Origin: Eledone cirrhosa
Taxonomy: Eukaryota
NCBI GenBank assembly: GCA_964016885.1
Contig: OZ024756.1
Coordinates: forward strand, 13,144,001 to 13,208,000
DNA length: 64,000 nucleotides
Direction of reading: 5' to 3'
Shown: one piece after another, positions 12,829-25,457 of the stretch
Layout of the letters: every line of letters begins with the position of its first letter
Position numbering within the stretch: the stretch's first letter is position 1
Made by a program: the position numbers and the translations under genes
The notes under the pieces: model-generated
Seen by the model: the letters and a program-made list of their open reading frames with translations, nothing else
Told to the model about the DNA's origin: nothing
Database searches by the model: none

Positions 12829-12914
12829 CCCGTGACAATCGTATTGATGTTGTCCTTATTGATACTGCTGGAAGAATGCAAGACAACATTCCATTGATGA
12901 AAGCTTTGGCAAAA
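12829..12914 (+). CDS. SRPRA: SRP receptor alpha exon (DVVLIDTAGRMQDN)
   Basis: CTTCAG acceptor, GT donor; DTAGR G3 motif. Confidence 0.95.
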
Positions 12915-12974
12915 GTAACACATTCAATTCTTTTTTTTTTCCTCTATCCCATCATTCTTATTAATCATCATCAT

Positions 12975-13725
12975 GGCAATTGGGAGGGATAATTCCAATT
13001 TTCAAAATGGGACACAAGAGAGATTATTCTAATTACAGAGAGATCTCCTTGTTAAGCCTTCCCCATGCCTGGCAAAAAGATGCGGAGAGATTGTTGAGAC
13101 GAAATATTCCCACTGCGACAGGTATTCTAGAAATCATGGGAGTATTGCCAAGAACTTTTGATCGCCAAAACTACACCTGATGACCCCCTTCCATATACAT
13201 GCACACGTGTATATCATGACTCGTGCACTGTTCATTTTCCTGACGTTTGTACATTACCCTATGTACTATACATACACTTTTGATGAGTTGTAGTGCACCT
13301 GAGCACTGTACACAATATTTTCATTATTATTATTATTAAGTATATTCTTGTTTTGTTGACCTTGAGAAGGCTAATGACCACATTCCTAGGGACCTGCTGT
13401 GGAAGGCTGTGCAGGAGTATGAGATTGATGGTCAGTTTCTTGCTGCCCTGATGTCTCTATACGAATGTCCGAGTATTTGTGTTCGGATAAATGGTGGCAA
13501 AACCAACTGGCAGGAGACCCAGGGGTAGACCCTGAGCAAAGATGGTTGGATAATATCCATGAGATTGGCTGGTCAAGTTTGGGGATCCAGCCGAATCAGC
13601 TGGAGACTGTTGTTTCTGAGAGGACCTGCTGAAGGGAGTGTTTGAGGACTCTGCCCCCATGAGACCCTCTCAGGAATAAGTGGGAGAAGAAGACCATCAT
13701 CACCATCATCATCATTATCATCATT
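12975..13725 (+). mobile_element. Heavily deleted RTE-type LINE
   Basis: IIPIFKMGHKRDYSNYREISLLSLP at about 12985; FVDLEKA.DHIPRDLLWKAVQEY at about 13352; RRPRGRP C-terminal segment at about 13512; (CAT)n tail. Confidence 0.75.
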
Positions 13726-13869
13726 ATATCTGAAATTGGTGTTAAAGTAAAAATAACTCTCCATCAGTTAATAGGATGATGATGATGATGATGACGACTG
13801 TTGAGGTCTAGAATTTTCATTTAATTTCTTCTTTTGTATTTATTTTTCATTTCTTTTCCCTTTTTACAG

Positions 13870-14046
13870 CTAATTAAAGTGAACCAGCCGGATCTGGTTT
13901 TATTTGTGGGTGAGGCCCTCGTTGGAAATGAAGCTGTTGATCAGTTAACAAAGTTTAACCAAGCTTTGGCAGACAACTCCAACATGACCAATCCCCGCCT
14001 GATAGATGGAATTATTCTTACCAAGTTTGATACCATTGATGATAAG
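13870..14046 (+). CDS. SRPRA: SRP receptor alpha exon ([20 protein letters not shown]...TKFDTIDDK)
   Basis: TTACAG acceptor, GTCAGT donor; TKFD G4 motif. Confidence 0.96.
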
Positions 14047-14272
14047 GTCAGTATAAATGCTATCATTCTCATCATCACCGTTGGATGTCCCCCCCCCCCC
14101 CCATTTGTATGGGTTGGATGGGGCCTTTTCAGCATCTTTCCACTTGTTGTGTTCCTTCATATTGGCCACTCTAAGCTTCATCATGGCCTAAGTGGGCTTC
14201 AGTAATAATGAGGCCAGCTTTCACCACCTCTGCCCAGGGCACCACAACCTCCCTAGTGTTGAGGATCTACAT

Positions 14273-14584
14273 GAGTGGTCCCCAACCTTTTTTACCTCAT
14301 GGCTCACTTTGAACCCAGAATTTCTTTTGTGCTCCATGAAATTATAGTGTAAAAATTTACTTCCATTTTACATAGAATATATCCAATAAAGATACAACTG
14401 TGTCTATTTATTGGACACAATTTCACAAGCATTAATTTCATTAATTTAAAAACTTGAAGTTAATAAAAGCTCTATGGACCATTCCATCAGCAGTGGCTTA
14501 TATATTAGCCCGGTGGCCTAGTAAAAATCATAAAATTTATGTGGCCCACCTGAAATTTGCCATGGCCTATTTTAGCCATCACTG
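14273..14584. mobile_element. hAT/Charlie-like MITE
   Basis: (C>G)AGTGGTCCCCAACC left end and CACTG right end; 8-bp flanks ATCTACAT / AACTACAT resemble a TSD. Confidence 0.55.
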
Positions 14585-14872
14585 AACTACATGATAAACG
14601 TACCCAGTACACTCTGTAAAGTGATTGGTAATAGGAAGATCATTCATCCATAGAAATACCTGCCAAACAAAGGGTCAGTAAGATTGTTCAGCTATGTCAA
14701 AGACATGACAACCTCCCCAGTGCTGGTGCCGTGGTAAAATGCACTTGAAACATAGGAACAATTTGTTGTAGGTGACATGGGAAATTAACTACACCTATGC
14801 TGAAAAATATATTAGGGTTACTTCCTTTGCCAAATATATTGGGGTCATTTAAAATTAACTAATATTTCTCTG

Positions 14873-15222
14873 TACAGTGTGCCCCTAGCATTCGTGGTCC
14901 TGGTTATTCGCAGAATTTTTCTTAGAACCTGACTAATAATTGTTCGTGGAAATCATTGCATATTCGCAGAATTGTAAATATATTCTGCAACTTTTTTCGT
15001 GGCAATATATATTTTTTAACAATAAATTATTAACAACAATATACTGTATTAACAACAATATACTGTATTTGCCGGCATATTGGACGCCCCTTCGCATAAG
15101 ACTTCTTTTGTTATATTTTGACATTTATAGGCATTTTTGTGGACCACATCCAATATTAATGGTTTTTCACTTTTCACAGGTAATCTAGGAACGTAATCCC
15201 CGCAAATACCGGGAGACTAATA
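14873..15222. mobile_element. Possible Tigger/pogo-like MITE
   Basis: TA-CAGTGTGCCCCTAGCATTCGTGG ... CCGCAAATACCGGGAGACTAA-TA degenerate TIRs. Confidence 0.4.
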
Positions 15223-15318
15223 TATTGGCGTCATTTAAAATTAACTAACTCCTGTATTAACTCTGTATTTGTGTCTCAACCAAACTAATTACTGATATTG
15301 TTGTTATTTTAAATTTAG

Positions 15319-15447
15319 GTTGGTGCAGCCATCTCTATGACTTACACCACTGGTCAACCAATTGTGTTTGTGGGAACTGGTCAAACCTACACTGACCTCA
15401 AGAATCTCAACACTAAAGCTGTTGTCCACGCTTTGCTCAAGGCTTAA
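15319..15447 (+). CDS. SRPRA: SRP receptor alpha last coding exon ([42 protein letters not shown])
   Basis: TTTAG acceptor, GTGQ G5 motif, TAA at 15445-15447; absent from the ORF track because it is short. Confidence 0.95.
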   Translation, partial: VGAAISMTYTTGQPIVFVGTGQTYTDLKNLNTKAVVHALLKA

Positions 15448-15782
15448 ACAAACAAACAAACAAACAAACAAACAAACAAACAGTTCACTAAGTGCACTAC
15501 TAAGTTGTTTTCATAATTCTGTATAGATGTATATATTATATATATATACCTATATATCATATATATATATATATATATTATATATATAAATATATATCAT
15601 ATATATATAAATATATATCATATATATATATGTATGTATATGTGTGTGTGTGTGCGTATATGTGTGTGCGTGTGTGCGTATATATATGTATGTGTCTGTA
15701 TATGTATGTGTGTGTGTGTGTGCATATATATGTGTGTGTGTGTGTGTGCATATATGTGTGTGTGTATGCATATATATATGTA

Positions 15783-15878
<96 letters not shown>

Positions 15879-15938
15879 AGTGTGTGCATATTTGTTTTTA
15901 TATATATATATATTTATATGTATATATATGTGTGTGTG

Positions 15939-15969
<31 letters not shown>

Positions 15970-16198
15970 ATGTGTGTGTGTAGCAATATCTGTAGGTGTG
16001 GAAAAGGAGAAGAGTGCTCACTCGGGAAGAGAGCAGAAATATTATTTTATGTTCACATATGCTAAGTGGAAATTACTCAACAAATTTGACTGATTTTCAA
16101 CCACCTTAATTTGCTTTATATACTTCCGTTATATCTTTTCTTTCTCTTTCTACAGTTACATAATACAATACACTTACTATACTACTCAACTCCGTACC

Positions 16199-16709
16199 TT
16201 AACCCCTTAACATTTACATTTCTCTATATTTACTATTATGTTTTTATGGTAAAGGCTTTACCCTACATAATTATCTCACATAATATTGAATCTGAGATTT
16301 TGATATTTTTTATTTTTATGGTAAACGCTTTACCTTACATAATTATCTCACATAATATTGAATCTGAGATTTCGATATTATTTATTTTTATGGTAAAGGC
16401 TTTACCTTACATAATTATCTCACATAATATTGAATCTGAGATTTCGATATTATTTATTTTTATGGTAAAGGCTTTACCTTACATAATTATCTCACATAAT
16501 ATTGAATCTGAGATTTCGATATTATTTATTTTTATGGTAAAGGCTTTACCTTACATAATTATCTCACATAATATTGAATCTGAGATTTCGATATTATTTA
16601 TTTTTAGAACAATACCTTAACATCAGTAAGAGCAGTCAGTTACGGCTGGTTTGAACAGAAGGAGGTGAGAGAATTCTGGCCGGATATGGCCGGTTTAAAT
16701 GCTAAAGGG
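16199..16709. mobile_element. piggyBac-like MITE (reverse) expanded by internal 63-bp tandem repeats
   Basis: TTAACCCCTTAACATTTAC...AAATGCTAAAGGG; 5-6 tandem copies of TTTTTATGGTAAAGGCTTTACC...GAGATTTCGATATTA. Confidence 0.8.
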
Positions 16710-16889
16710 ACAATAAATATTACCGTCTCTACATTCCAGCACATAATACATTACTTCTACTATACTATACTATACTATACAAACAACAAACACTAACACG
16801 TGGTTGATCTTGCTTTTCAAATTTACATCTTGCAGTTATTTCCCTTCGTTATAATTCATTTTTCGTAAACTAGCGTTTTTAGCACGCAT

Positions 16890-17075
16890 TGGATTGGCAG
16901 TATCGGTAGAGAGTCGGACGCCATGCTTTCCAACATAGTTACGTCCCTTTACGGTCTGAGTTCAAATCCCGCCGAGGTTTACTTTGCCTTTCATCCTTAC
17001 GGGGTCGATAAAATAAAGTACCAGTAATGTACTGGGTAATTGCTGGCCTTGTGCCAAAAGTAGAAACAATTACTT
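16890..17075 (+). mobile_element. tRNA-derived SINE family A
   Basis: GGATTGGCAGTATCGGTAGAG...GAGTTCAAATCCCGCC...AGTAGAAACAATTA. Confidence 0.85.
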
Positions 17076-17219
17076 TTAACAGTATCTTATAAACTCGTAT
17101 TAGCGCCTGAAGATTTTGATCCCTCTTACATTCTGGAGATATGGTCAATATTGGGCCTTGCAACACTTTTGTTCTGTGTATGATCATAGATAAATAATAT
17201 AATATAATATATAATTTTC

Positions 17220-17221
<2 letters not shown>

Positions 17222-17287
<66 letters not shown>

Positions 17288-17548
17288 ATATATGTATGTA
17301 TATTATATATATATATATACATATATATGTATATTATATATATATATTATATATATATGTATATTATATATATATTATATATACATATATATGTATATTA
17401 TATGTATGTATATTATATACATATATATGTATATTATATGTATGTATATTATATATATACATATATATATATGTATATTATATATATGTATATTATATAT
17501 ATGTATATTATATATATGTATATTATATATATGTATATTATATATATG

Positions 17549-17607
<59 letters not shown>

Positions 17608-17685
17608 TATGTATGTATATTATATATATACATATATATATATGTATATTATATATACATATATGTATGTATATTATATATATGC

Positions 17686-17725
<40 letters not shown>

Positions 17726-17785
17726 AAGCATATTATATATAAATATATATATATATATAAATATATATATGTATATTATATATAC

Positions 17786-17826
<41 letters not shown>
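17222..17826. repeat. (TA)n-derived low-complexity tract
   Basis: Direct reading. Confidence 0.9.
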
Positions 17827-17829
<3 letters not shown>

Positions 17830-18257
17830 TCTGTTAACTGCCTCTCACCAGCACATAGTCACTTCCCTTTATATATGCATGCACACTGACTTTGCAACTC
17901 TCCTATACTGGGACACACTGGGCTACCAACAGACACATTCTCTTTCACACACAGCCCCCCCCCACGCCATCTCTGCATTGATAATTTGACCTAATACTCT
18001 CTGTATCCGGTCATTCTGATTCTAACCAAAGTATAACCCCTCCCCGCGCCCGCCTCTCCTTCTTCCCGCTCTCTCTCTCTCTCTCTCCTCTATCTCTCTC
18101 TCACTGGCTCAGTATACACTTGGTGAACTCAACTACAACTATTACTAAGCATGGTGGACCACGCCATTAATAGATCCTTGGACAAAATGGCTCCACTCCA
18201 ACCTCCTTCAATTTTTTGGCTGTTGTGCCTTTGCTAGAAAGCATTGTTATTATCATT

Positions 18258-18900
18258 TGGATTGTCAGTATCGGTAGAGGGTCGGACGCCATGCTTTGCA
18301 GCATACAGTTACCTCCCTTTATGATTTGAGTTCAAATCCGGCCGAGGTTAACTTTGCTTTTCATCCTTACGGGGGTCGATAAAATAAAGTACCAGTCACG
18401 CACTGGGGTGGATTTTATCGACCCCCCCCCCCCCCCCCCAAAAAAAAAAATTGCTGGCCTTGTGCCTATATAAGAAACCATTATTATTTGGATTGTTAGT
18501 ATCGGTAGAGAATCGGACACCATGCTTTGCAGCATAGAGTTACGGCCCTTTACGTTCTGAGTTCAAATTCCACCGAGGTTAACTTTGCCTTTCATCCTTA
18601 CGGGGGTCGATAAAATAAAGTACCAGTAATTTACTGGGGTAATTGCTGGCCTTGTGCCTAAAAGTAGAAACAATTATTATTATTATTAGGGCAGTGGATT
18701 GTCAGTATTGGGTACAGGGTTGGACACAGTGCTTTACATCATAGAGTTGCAGCCCTTTACAGTCTGAGTTCAAATCCCGCCAAGGTTAACTTTGCCTTTC
18801 ATCCTTTCGGGGGTCGATAAAATAAAGTACCAGTAATACACTGGGGTAATTGCTGGCCTTGTGCCAAAAGTAGAAACAATTATTATTACTGTTATCATCA

Positions 18901-18944
<44 letters not shown>

Positions 18945-18945
18945 G
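18258..18945 (+). mobile_element. Three head-to-tail SINE family A copies with (ATT)n tails
   Basis: Starts at about 18258, 18489 and 18695. Confidence 0.85.
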
Positions 18946-19175
18946 TGATGAGCCTCCTCGTATGGCATTAAATGTTGACTACAAGACGACTGTTTTGATT
19001 TGCCCCACCCCCCACGCCGCTTCACACTAACTCCGCCAAAGCATGAATGTTGCAGAATCCCTTCATCACCACCACCGCCATCATCATCATCACCACCATC
19101 ATCAACATCTCAACCCCTCTCCTCCCCTACTCTTGCCTACATTCAATATTTGCTTTGGCAAAATTTTTTTGTTAA

Positions 19176-19209
<34 letters not shown>

Positions 19210-19318
19210 TATCAAAAAATCTAAAAATATATTTATAATATTGCCAGTGAATTTTTTGTTAAAATTGGAAAATTGGTTGAAAAGTTGTTTAACACACACA
19301 CACACACACACATAGCTA

Positions 19319-19357
<39 letters not shown>

Positions 19358-19507
19358 ATCTCTCTCTCTCTCTATATATATATATAAAGATTTACATATA
19401 CACAAACTAGAGAAAGTCATATATATATATATATATGTGTTTTTAGCAACCATTCACGATGTGGCTCAATGACGAATTAATTAATTAAATAATCAACAAT
19501 CAGAGCA

Positions 19508-19706
19508 ATATACAATAAAGTATGTCCATAGAATCATTTGATAATTTGATAAAATATATACACCATTTCCTCTCCCAATCAGCATAATCAACCACACAAA
19601 AAAGCCTGGTGTAATTGTTTTTTTGTGTAGTTGACCATGCTGATTGGGAGAGGAAATGGTGTATATATTTTATCAAATGATTCTATGGACATACTTTATT
19701 GTATAT
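19508..19706. repeat. Inverted repeat (about 90-bp arms) adjoining (TA)n
   Basis: ATATACAATAAAGTATGTCCATAGAATCATTTGATAA... mirrored by ...TTATCAAATGATTCTATGGACATACTTTATTGTATAT. Confidence 0.9.
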
Positions 19707-20163
19707 ATATATATATATCAATCAGTCAAAATATATATATATATACACACACCCAAGCGTAGTGTGTACAGCTACACCCCTGACATGACAAAAACTGAAA
19801 CAGAAAATGGTGGAGGTCAATCAGGGAGAGGTTTCTCCTCTAGAAGTGAAAAGGCTCTGGATTAAATAAATATATATATATATTTAAATATATATATATA
19901 AAAGGAGATCAATATCGCCAAAGGTACTAAGTACCCCTGGAAATATATAGGGTGTCTATGATACAGTGGTTGTTCTATGGTATTAATTTGACATACCAGA
20001 ACTATAAAATTGAGGTAAGCTGAGCAAGCGATTTTTTTAAAAATAAATTAAAAAATATAATATATATATATATATATACAGTGAGTCTTAGAAATCATAC
20101 ATTAAACATACATGATGTTTGACTTTCAAATTCTTAGCTGGTTTTTATGACACGCTTTATGTC

Positions 20164-20194
<31 letters not shown>

Positions 20195-20241
20195 GCGTGT
20201 GTGCGCATGTTTGTACATATATATATATATGTGTGTGTATT

Positions 20242-20278
<37 letters not shown>

Positions 20279-20389
20279 GATGTGTGTAAAGAAAAAAAAT
20301 AAAACACGAAAAACAAAAATGAAAAGAAAATGTAAAAATATATTAAAAAACTGAGTTTTTGTTATGTTTCTGAAATATTGTTCTTTGTT

Positions 20390-23300
20390 GTCTGTAGGAC
20401 TGTCTGCTGTATTGTAGGACTGTCTAGTGTGTTGTATGACTGTCTGGTGTGTTGTAGGATGGTCTGGTGTGTTGTAGGACTGTCTGCTGTATTGTAGGAC
20501 TGTCTGGTGTGTTGTAGGATGGTCTGGTGGGTTGTGGGACTGTCTGGTGGGTTGTAGGACTGTCTGCTGCATTGTAGGACTGTCTGCTGTGTTGTGGGAC
20601 TGTCTGGTGTGTTGTAGGACTGTCTGCTGTGTTGTGGGACTGTCTGGTGTGTTGTAGGACTGTCTGGTGTGTTGTAGGATGGTCTGGTGTGTTGTAGGAT
20701 TGTCTGCTGTGTTGTGGGACTGTCTGGTGTGTTGTAGGGTGGTCAGGTGTGTTATGTGACTGTCTGGTGTGTTGTGGGACTGTCTGGTGTGTTGTAGGGC
20801 TGTCTGGTGTGCTGTAGGACTGTCTGGTGTGTTGTAGGAGTATCTCCTGTGTTGTGGGACTGTCTGCTGTGTTGTGGGACTGTCTGGTGTGCTGTAGGAC
20901 TGTCTGGTGTGTTGTAGGACTGTCTGGTGTGTTGCAGGATGGTCTGGTGTGTTGTGTGAGTATCTGCTGTGTTGTGGGACTGTCTGGTGTGTTGTATGAC
21001 TGTCTGGTGTATTGTAGGATGGTCTGGTGTGTTGTAGGACTGTCTGCTGTATTGTAGGACTGTCTGGTGTGTTGTAGGACTGTCTGGTGTGTTGTAGGAT
21101 GGTCTGGTGGGTTGTGGGACTGTCTGGTGTGTTGTGGGACTGTCTGGTGTGTTGTGGTCTGGTCTGGTGTGTTGTAGGATGGTCTGGTGCGTTGTAGGAC
21201 TGTCTGCTGTGTTGTAGGACTGTCTGGTGTGTTGTGGGACTGTCTGGTGGGTTGTAGGATGGTCTGGTGGGTTGTAGGATGGTCTGGTGGGTTGTGGGAC
21301 TGTCTGGTGTGTTGAGGGACTGTCTAGTGTGTTGTAGGATTGTCTGGTGTGTTGTAGGACTGTCTGGTGTGTTGTAGGACTGTCTGGTGTGTTGTAGAAT
21401 GGTCTGGTGTGTTATAGGACTGTCTGCTGTGTTGTAGGACTGTTTGGTGTGTTGTAGGATGGTCTGGTGGGTTGTGGGACTGTCTGCTGTATTGTAGGAC
21501 TGTCTGGTGTGTTGTAGGACTGTCTGGTGTGTTGTAGGAATGTCTGGTGTGTTGTAGGATGGTCTGCTGTGTTGTGTGAGTATCTGCTGTGTTATGTGAC
21601 TGTCTGGTGTGTTGTGGGACTGTCTAGTATGTTGTATGACTGTCTGGTGTGTTGTAGGACTGTCTGCTGTATTGTAGGACTGTCTGGTGTGTTGTAGGAC
21701 TGTCTGGTGTGTTGTAGGATGGTCTGGTGGGTTGTGGGACTGTCTGGTGTGTTGCGGGACTGTCTGGTGTGTTGTGGGACTGTCTGGTGTGTTGTGGGAT
21801 GGTCTGGTGTGTTGTAGGACTCTGCTGTGTTGTAGGACTGTCTGGTGTGTTGTGGGACTGTCTGGTGTGTTGTGGGACTGTCTGGTGTGTTGTAGGATGG
21901 TCTGGTGTGTTGTAGGATGGTCTGGTGGGTTGTGGGGCTGTCTAGTGTGTTGTAGGATTGTCTGGTGTGTTGTAGGACTGTCTGGTGTGTTGTAGGATGG
22001 TCTGGTGTGTTGTAGAATGGTCTGGTGTGTTATAGGACTGTCTGGTGTGTTGTAGGACTGTCTGGTGTGTTGTAGGATGGTCTGGTGGGTTGTGGGACTG
22101 TCTGGTGTGTTGCGGGGCTGTCTAGTGTGTTGTAGGATTGTCTGGTGTGTTGTAGGACTGTCTGGTGTGTTGTAGGATGGTCTGGTGTGTTGTAGGATGG
22201 TCTGGTGTGTTATAGGACTGTCTGCTGTGTTGTAGGACTGTTTGGTGTGTTGTAGGATGGTCTGGTGGGTTGTGGGACTGTCTGGTGTGTTGCGGGACTG
22301 TCTGGTGTGTTGTGGGACTGTCTGGTGTGTTGTGGGACTGTCTGGTGTGTTGTAGGATGGTCTGGTGGGTTGTAGGATGGTCTGGTGGGTTGTGGGACTG
22401 TCTGGTGTGTTGTGGGACTGTCTGGTGTGCTGTAGGACTGTCTGGTGTGTTGTAGGGGTATCTCTTGTGTTGTGGGACTGTCTGCTGTGTTGTGGGACTG
22501 TCTGGTGTGTTGTAGGACTGTCTGGTGTGTTGTAGGACTGTCTGGTGTGTTGTAGGATGGTCTGCTGTGTTGTGTGAGTATCTGCTGTGTTGTAGGATTG
22601 TCTGGTGTGTTGTAGGACTGTCTGGTGTGTTGTAGGACTGTCTGGTGTGTTGTAGGACTGTCTGGTGTGTTGTGGGAGTGTCTGGTGTGTTGTAGGACTC
22701 CGGTGTGTTGTAGGACTGTCTGGTGTGTTGTAGGATGGTTGATGTGTTGTGGGACTGTCTGGTGTGTTGTAGGACTCTCTGCTGTGTTGTAGGTCTGTCT
22801 GGTGTGTTGTAGGACTGTCTGGTGTGTTGTAGGATTGTCTGGTGTGTTGTGGGACTGTCTGGTGTGTTGTAGGATGGTTGATGTGTTGTGGGACTGTCTG
22901 GTGTGTTGTAGGACTCTCTGCTGTGTTGTGTGACTGCCTGGTGTGTTGTAGGTCTGTCTGGTGTGTTGTAGGACTGTCTGGTGTGTTGTAGGATTGTCTG
23001 GTGTGTTGTGGGACTGTCTGGTGTGTTATGTGACTATCTGCTGTGTTGTGAGACTGTCTGGTGTGTTGTGGGACTGTCTGGTGTGTTGTAGGACTGCCTG
23101 GTGTGTTGTAGGACTGTCTGGTGTGTTGTAGGATGGTCTGGTGTGTTGTAGGACTGTCTGGTGTGTTTTAAGACTGTCTGGTGTGATGTGGGACTGTCTG
23201 GTGTGTTGTGGGAATATCTGCTGTGTTGTAGGATGGTCTGGTGTGTTGTGGAACTGTCTGGTAGGTTGTAGGACTGTCTGGTGTGCTGTGTGAGTATCTG

Positions 23301-23510
23301 CTGTGTTGTGGGACTGTCCTGTGTGTTGTAGGACTGTCTGGTGTGTCGTAGGACTGTCTGGTGTGTTGTAGGACTCTGCTGTGTTGTGGGACTGTCTGGT
23401 GTACTGTGGGACTGTCTGATGTGTTGTAGGACTGTCCTGTGTGTTGTAGGACTGTCTGGTGTGTTGTGGGGCTATCTGCTGTGTTGTGGGACTATCTGCT
23501 GTGTTGTGGT
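20390..23510. repeat. 20-bp satellite (TGTCTGGTGTGTTGTAGGAC)n, decaying to about 23830
   Basis: Register holds in 20-bp steps across the printed lines. Confidence 0.97.
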
Positions 23511-24146
23511 ACTGTGTCTGATTTGGTATTGTGATGTTCTGTTTGATGTGTTGTTGAGTGATTGCATTTGATGTGATGTGCTCTTGCGGGACTGTGTTTG
23601 ATGTGGTGTTGTGCTGTGAATGATGTGATGTAGGACTGTTCGCTGTGGTGTGGTCTTGTGGGACTGTTCGACGTGATGTTGTGGGATTGTGTAGCTGTGT
23701 TAGATGTGTTGTGGGACTATCTGATGTGATGTGGTTCTATCTCTGATGGGTTGTGTTGTTGTGATGTGTCTGATGTCTTGTGGGACTGTGATGTGTTGTG
23801 GTGTTGTGGGACTGTGTTTGATGTGTTGTGTGGCTGGAAGAAACACGAGAGCAACAATGCCAAACTCACATTAATGGCTAACCAGATGGTTAGAGACTGG
23901 TAATAACAGCAGTGACTCGGCCTCAGTCGGTGACCAACAACAGCTACAACACTATATAAGGATACATATTTATCATCATCATCATCATCATCATCATCAC
24001 TGTCCACTTTTCCACGCCAGCATGGGTTAGATGGACTACCCTGTTGTGAGACAAGCCAGGTCCGACGACCATGTCTTGCTCATACATGACTGGTTTTGGG
24101 TTGGCTTCTCTGTCTGGATGCCCTTCCTAGCACCAACCACACACAC

Positions 24147-24180
<34 letters not shown>

Positions 24181-24183
<3 letters not shown>

Positions 24184-24505
24184 GATATTAATAAATGGAA
24201 ACTATATTTATAAAACCATATTTATTCTATTATATATATTTCAAGGGTAGCAAAACTTTGGTACGCTCTCATCAGATAAAATACAAAGTTTTTTTTATAA
24301 ATAGTGACATACTCAGGAATGAGACCTTAATGGTTCAAGTTTCGTGGTACCCTTGAAATATATATAATAGAATAAATAAGGTTTTATAAATATAGTTTCC
24401 ATTTATTAATATCATTGATATTATACTCCAGAAAACTTGTCGAGTGCTTCGAATCTGTTATAAATATATTTGTTGAATTACTAACAAATTAAATATATCT
24501 TTGCT
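24181..24505. mobile_element. Fold-back PLE terminal fragment between (TA)n tracts
   Basis: Arms 24181-24250 and about 24347-24417; hammerhead in the left arm; GTCGAGTGCTTC motif at about 24438. Confidence 0.65.
24224..24282 (-). ncRNA. Type-I hammerhead ribozyme motif
   Basis: attttat CTGATGA gagcgtaccaaa-gt-tttgctaccctt GAAA t-ATAT-a TA atagaat; stems I, II and III all pair. Confidence 0.75.
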
Positions 24506-24522
24506 TATATATATATATATAA

Positions 24523-24866
24523 TGGAGGCACATGGCTTAGTGGTTAGAGCATTAGCCTTGCAATCGAAAGGTTGTGAGTTCAATTCTCAGACCGGGTGAT
24601 GTGTTGTTTCCTTGAGCAAGACACTTTATTTCACATTGCTCCAGTTTACTCAGCTGCAGAAATGAGATGATAGGGACTGGTGTCCCTATCATTCCACTGT
24701 AAAGTGGTCGTGGAGGTGCCACGGCAAAAAAAAAAAAAAAGCACCCAGCACTCACTGTAAATGAGGTTGGTGTTAGGAAGGGCATCCAGCTGTAGAAATC
24801 AAGCCAGAATCAGTTCCCGTCCCACCCTTGCAAGCAGGGAAAAGCGGACGTAAAATGAAATGATGA
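24523..24866 (+). mobile_element. Full tRNA-derived SINE family B (CORE-like body, RTE-derived 3' tail)
   Basis: TGGCTTAGTGG A-box, GTTCAATTC B-box, CCTTGAGCAAGACACTT CORE-like segment; tail identical to the RTE 3' end at 54566-54618. Confidence 0.9.
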
Positions 24867-24874
24867 TATATATT

Positions 24875-25041
24875 AGAGAATGAGGGTCTGATGGTTGAAC
24901 TGTTTTGACACCAAATTCCAGAGTTGAAATGGCAAAAGCTCTACTACCAGGCCCTGATTCTCTTATTTACACTCTACTATCTCAAGTATCGAGTACTCTG
25001 CTGAATAATGGTCTTATTAGTTTAAAACTGGTAAAATCCTT
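24875..25041 (+). mobile_element. Hairpin-headed mini-element, PLE terminal family X
   Basis: GAGAATGAGGGTCTG...CAGGCCCTGATTCTC hairpin, then ACTCTACTA..CAAGTATCGAGTACTCTG..AATGGTC, ending at (TA)n. Confidence 0.6.
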
Positions 25042-25057
25042 ATATATATATATATAT

Positions 25058-25435
25058 AAGTATTAATAAAATAGATGTTCTTTAGATCATTTATTATACA
25101 TATTTCAGATGTACAACAGTACGTCCTCATCAGACAAAATATAATGATACATGACATGCCCTGAGATGTTAAATGGTTAAAATTTAATCACCTTGATGAA
25201 ATCTTAACCATTTAACATCTCAGGGTATGTCATGTATCATTATATTTTGTCTGATGAGGACGTACTGTTGTACATCCGAAATATGTATAATAAAATGTAA
25301 TTGATCTAAAGAACATCTATTTTATTAATACTTATATTAATAACTCCTGAAAATTATTTTCTGTTGAGTGCTTCCAATCTACTGTAAAAATCATTCTTTG
25401 ACATAATCATTGAATATTGTTTAACAATTTAATAT
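25058..25435 (+). mobile_element. Fold-back PLE terminal fragment (about 130-bp arms) with a hammerhead in each arm
   Basis: Arms about 25058-25185 and 25198-25333; TTGAGTGCTTCC at about 25364; (TA)n on both sides. Confidence 0.75.
25244..25296 (+). ncRNA. Type-I hammerhead ribozyme motif (mirror copy 25089-25140 on -)
   Basis: attttgt CTGATGA ggacgtac-tgtt-gtacatcc GAAA t-ATGT-a TA ataaaat. Confidence 0.8.
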
Positions 25436-25457
25436 ATATATATATATATATATATAT

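Noticed and set aside
15550-17837. Numerous Y/I/C/V-rich ORFs (also at 33, 38, 51, 57 and 60 kb)
   Set aside because: Translations of (TA)n, (TG)n and (CA)n microsatellites
24523-24600. tRNA gene
   Set aside because: A and B boxes are present but it is the head of a multi-copy SINE; no complete cloverleaf identified
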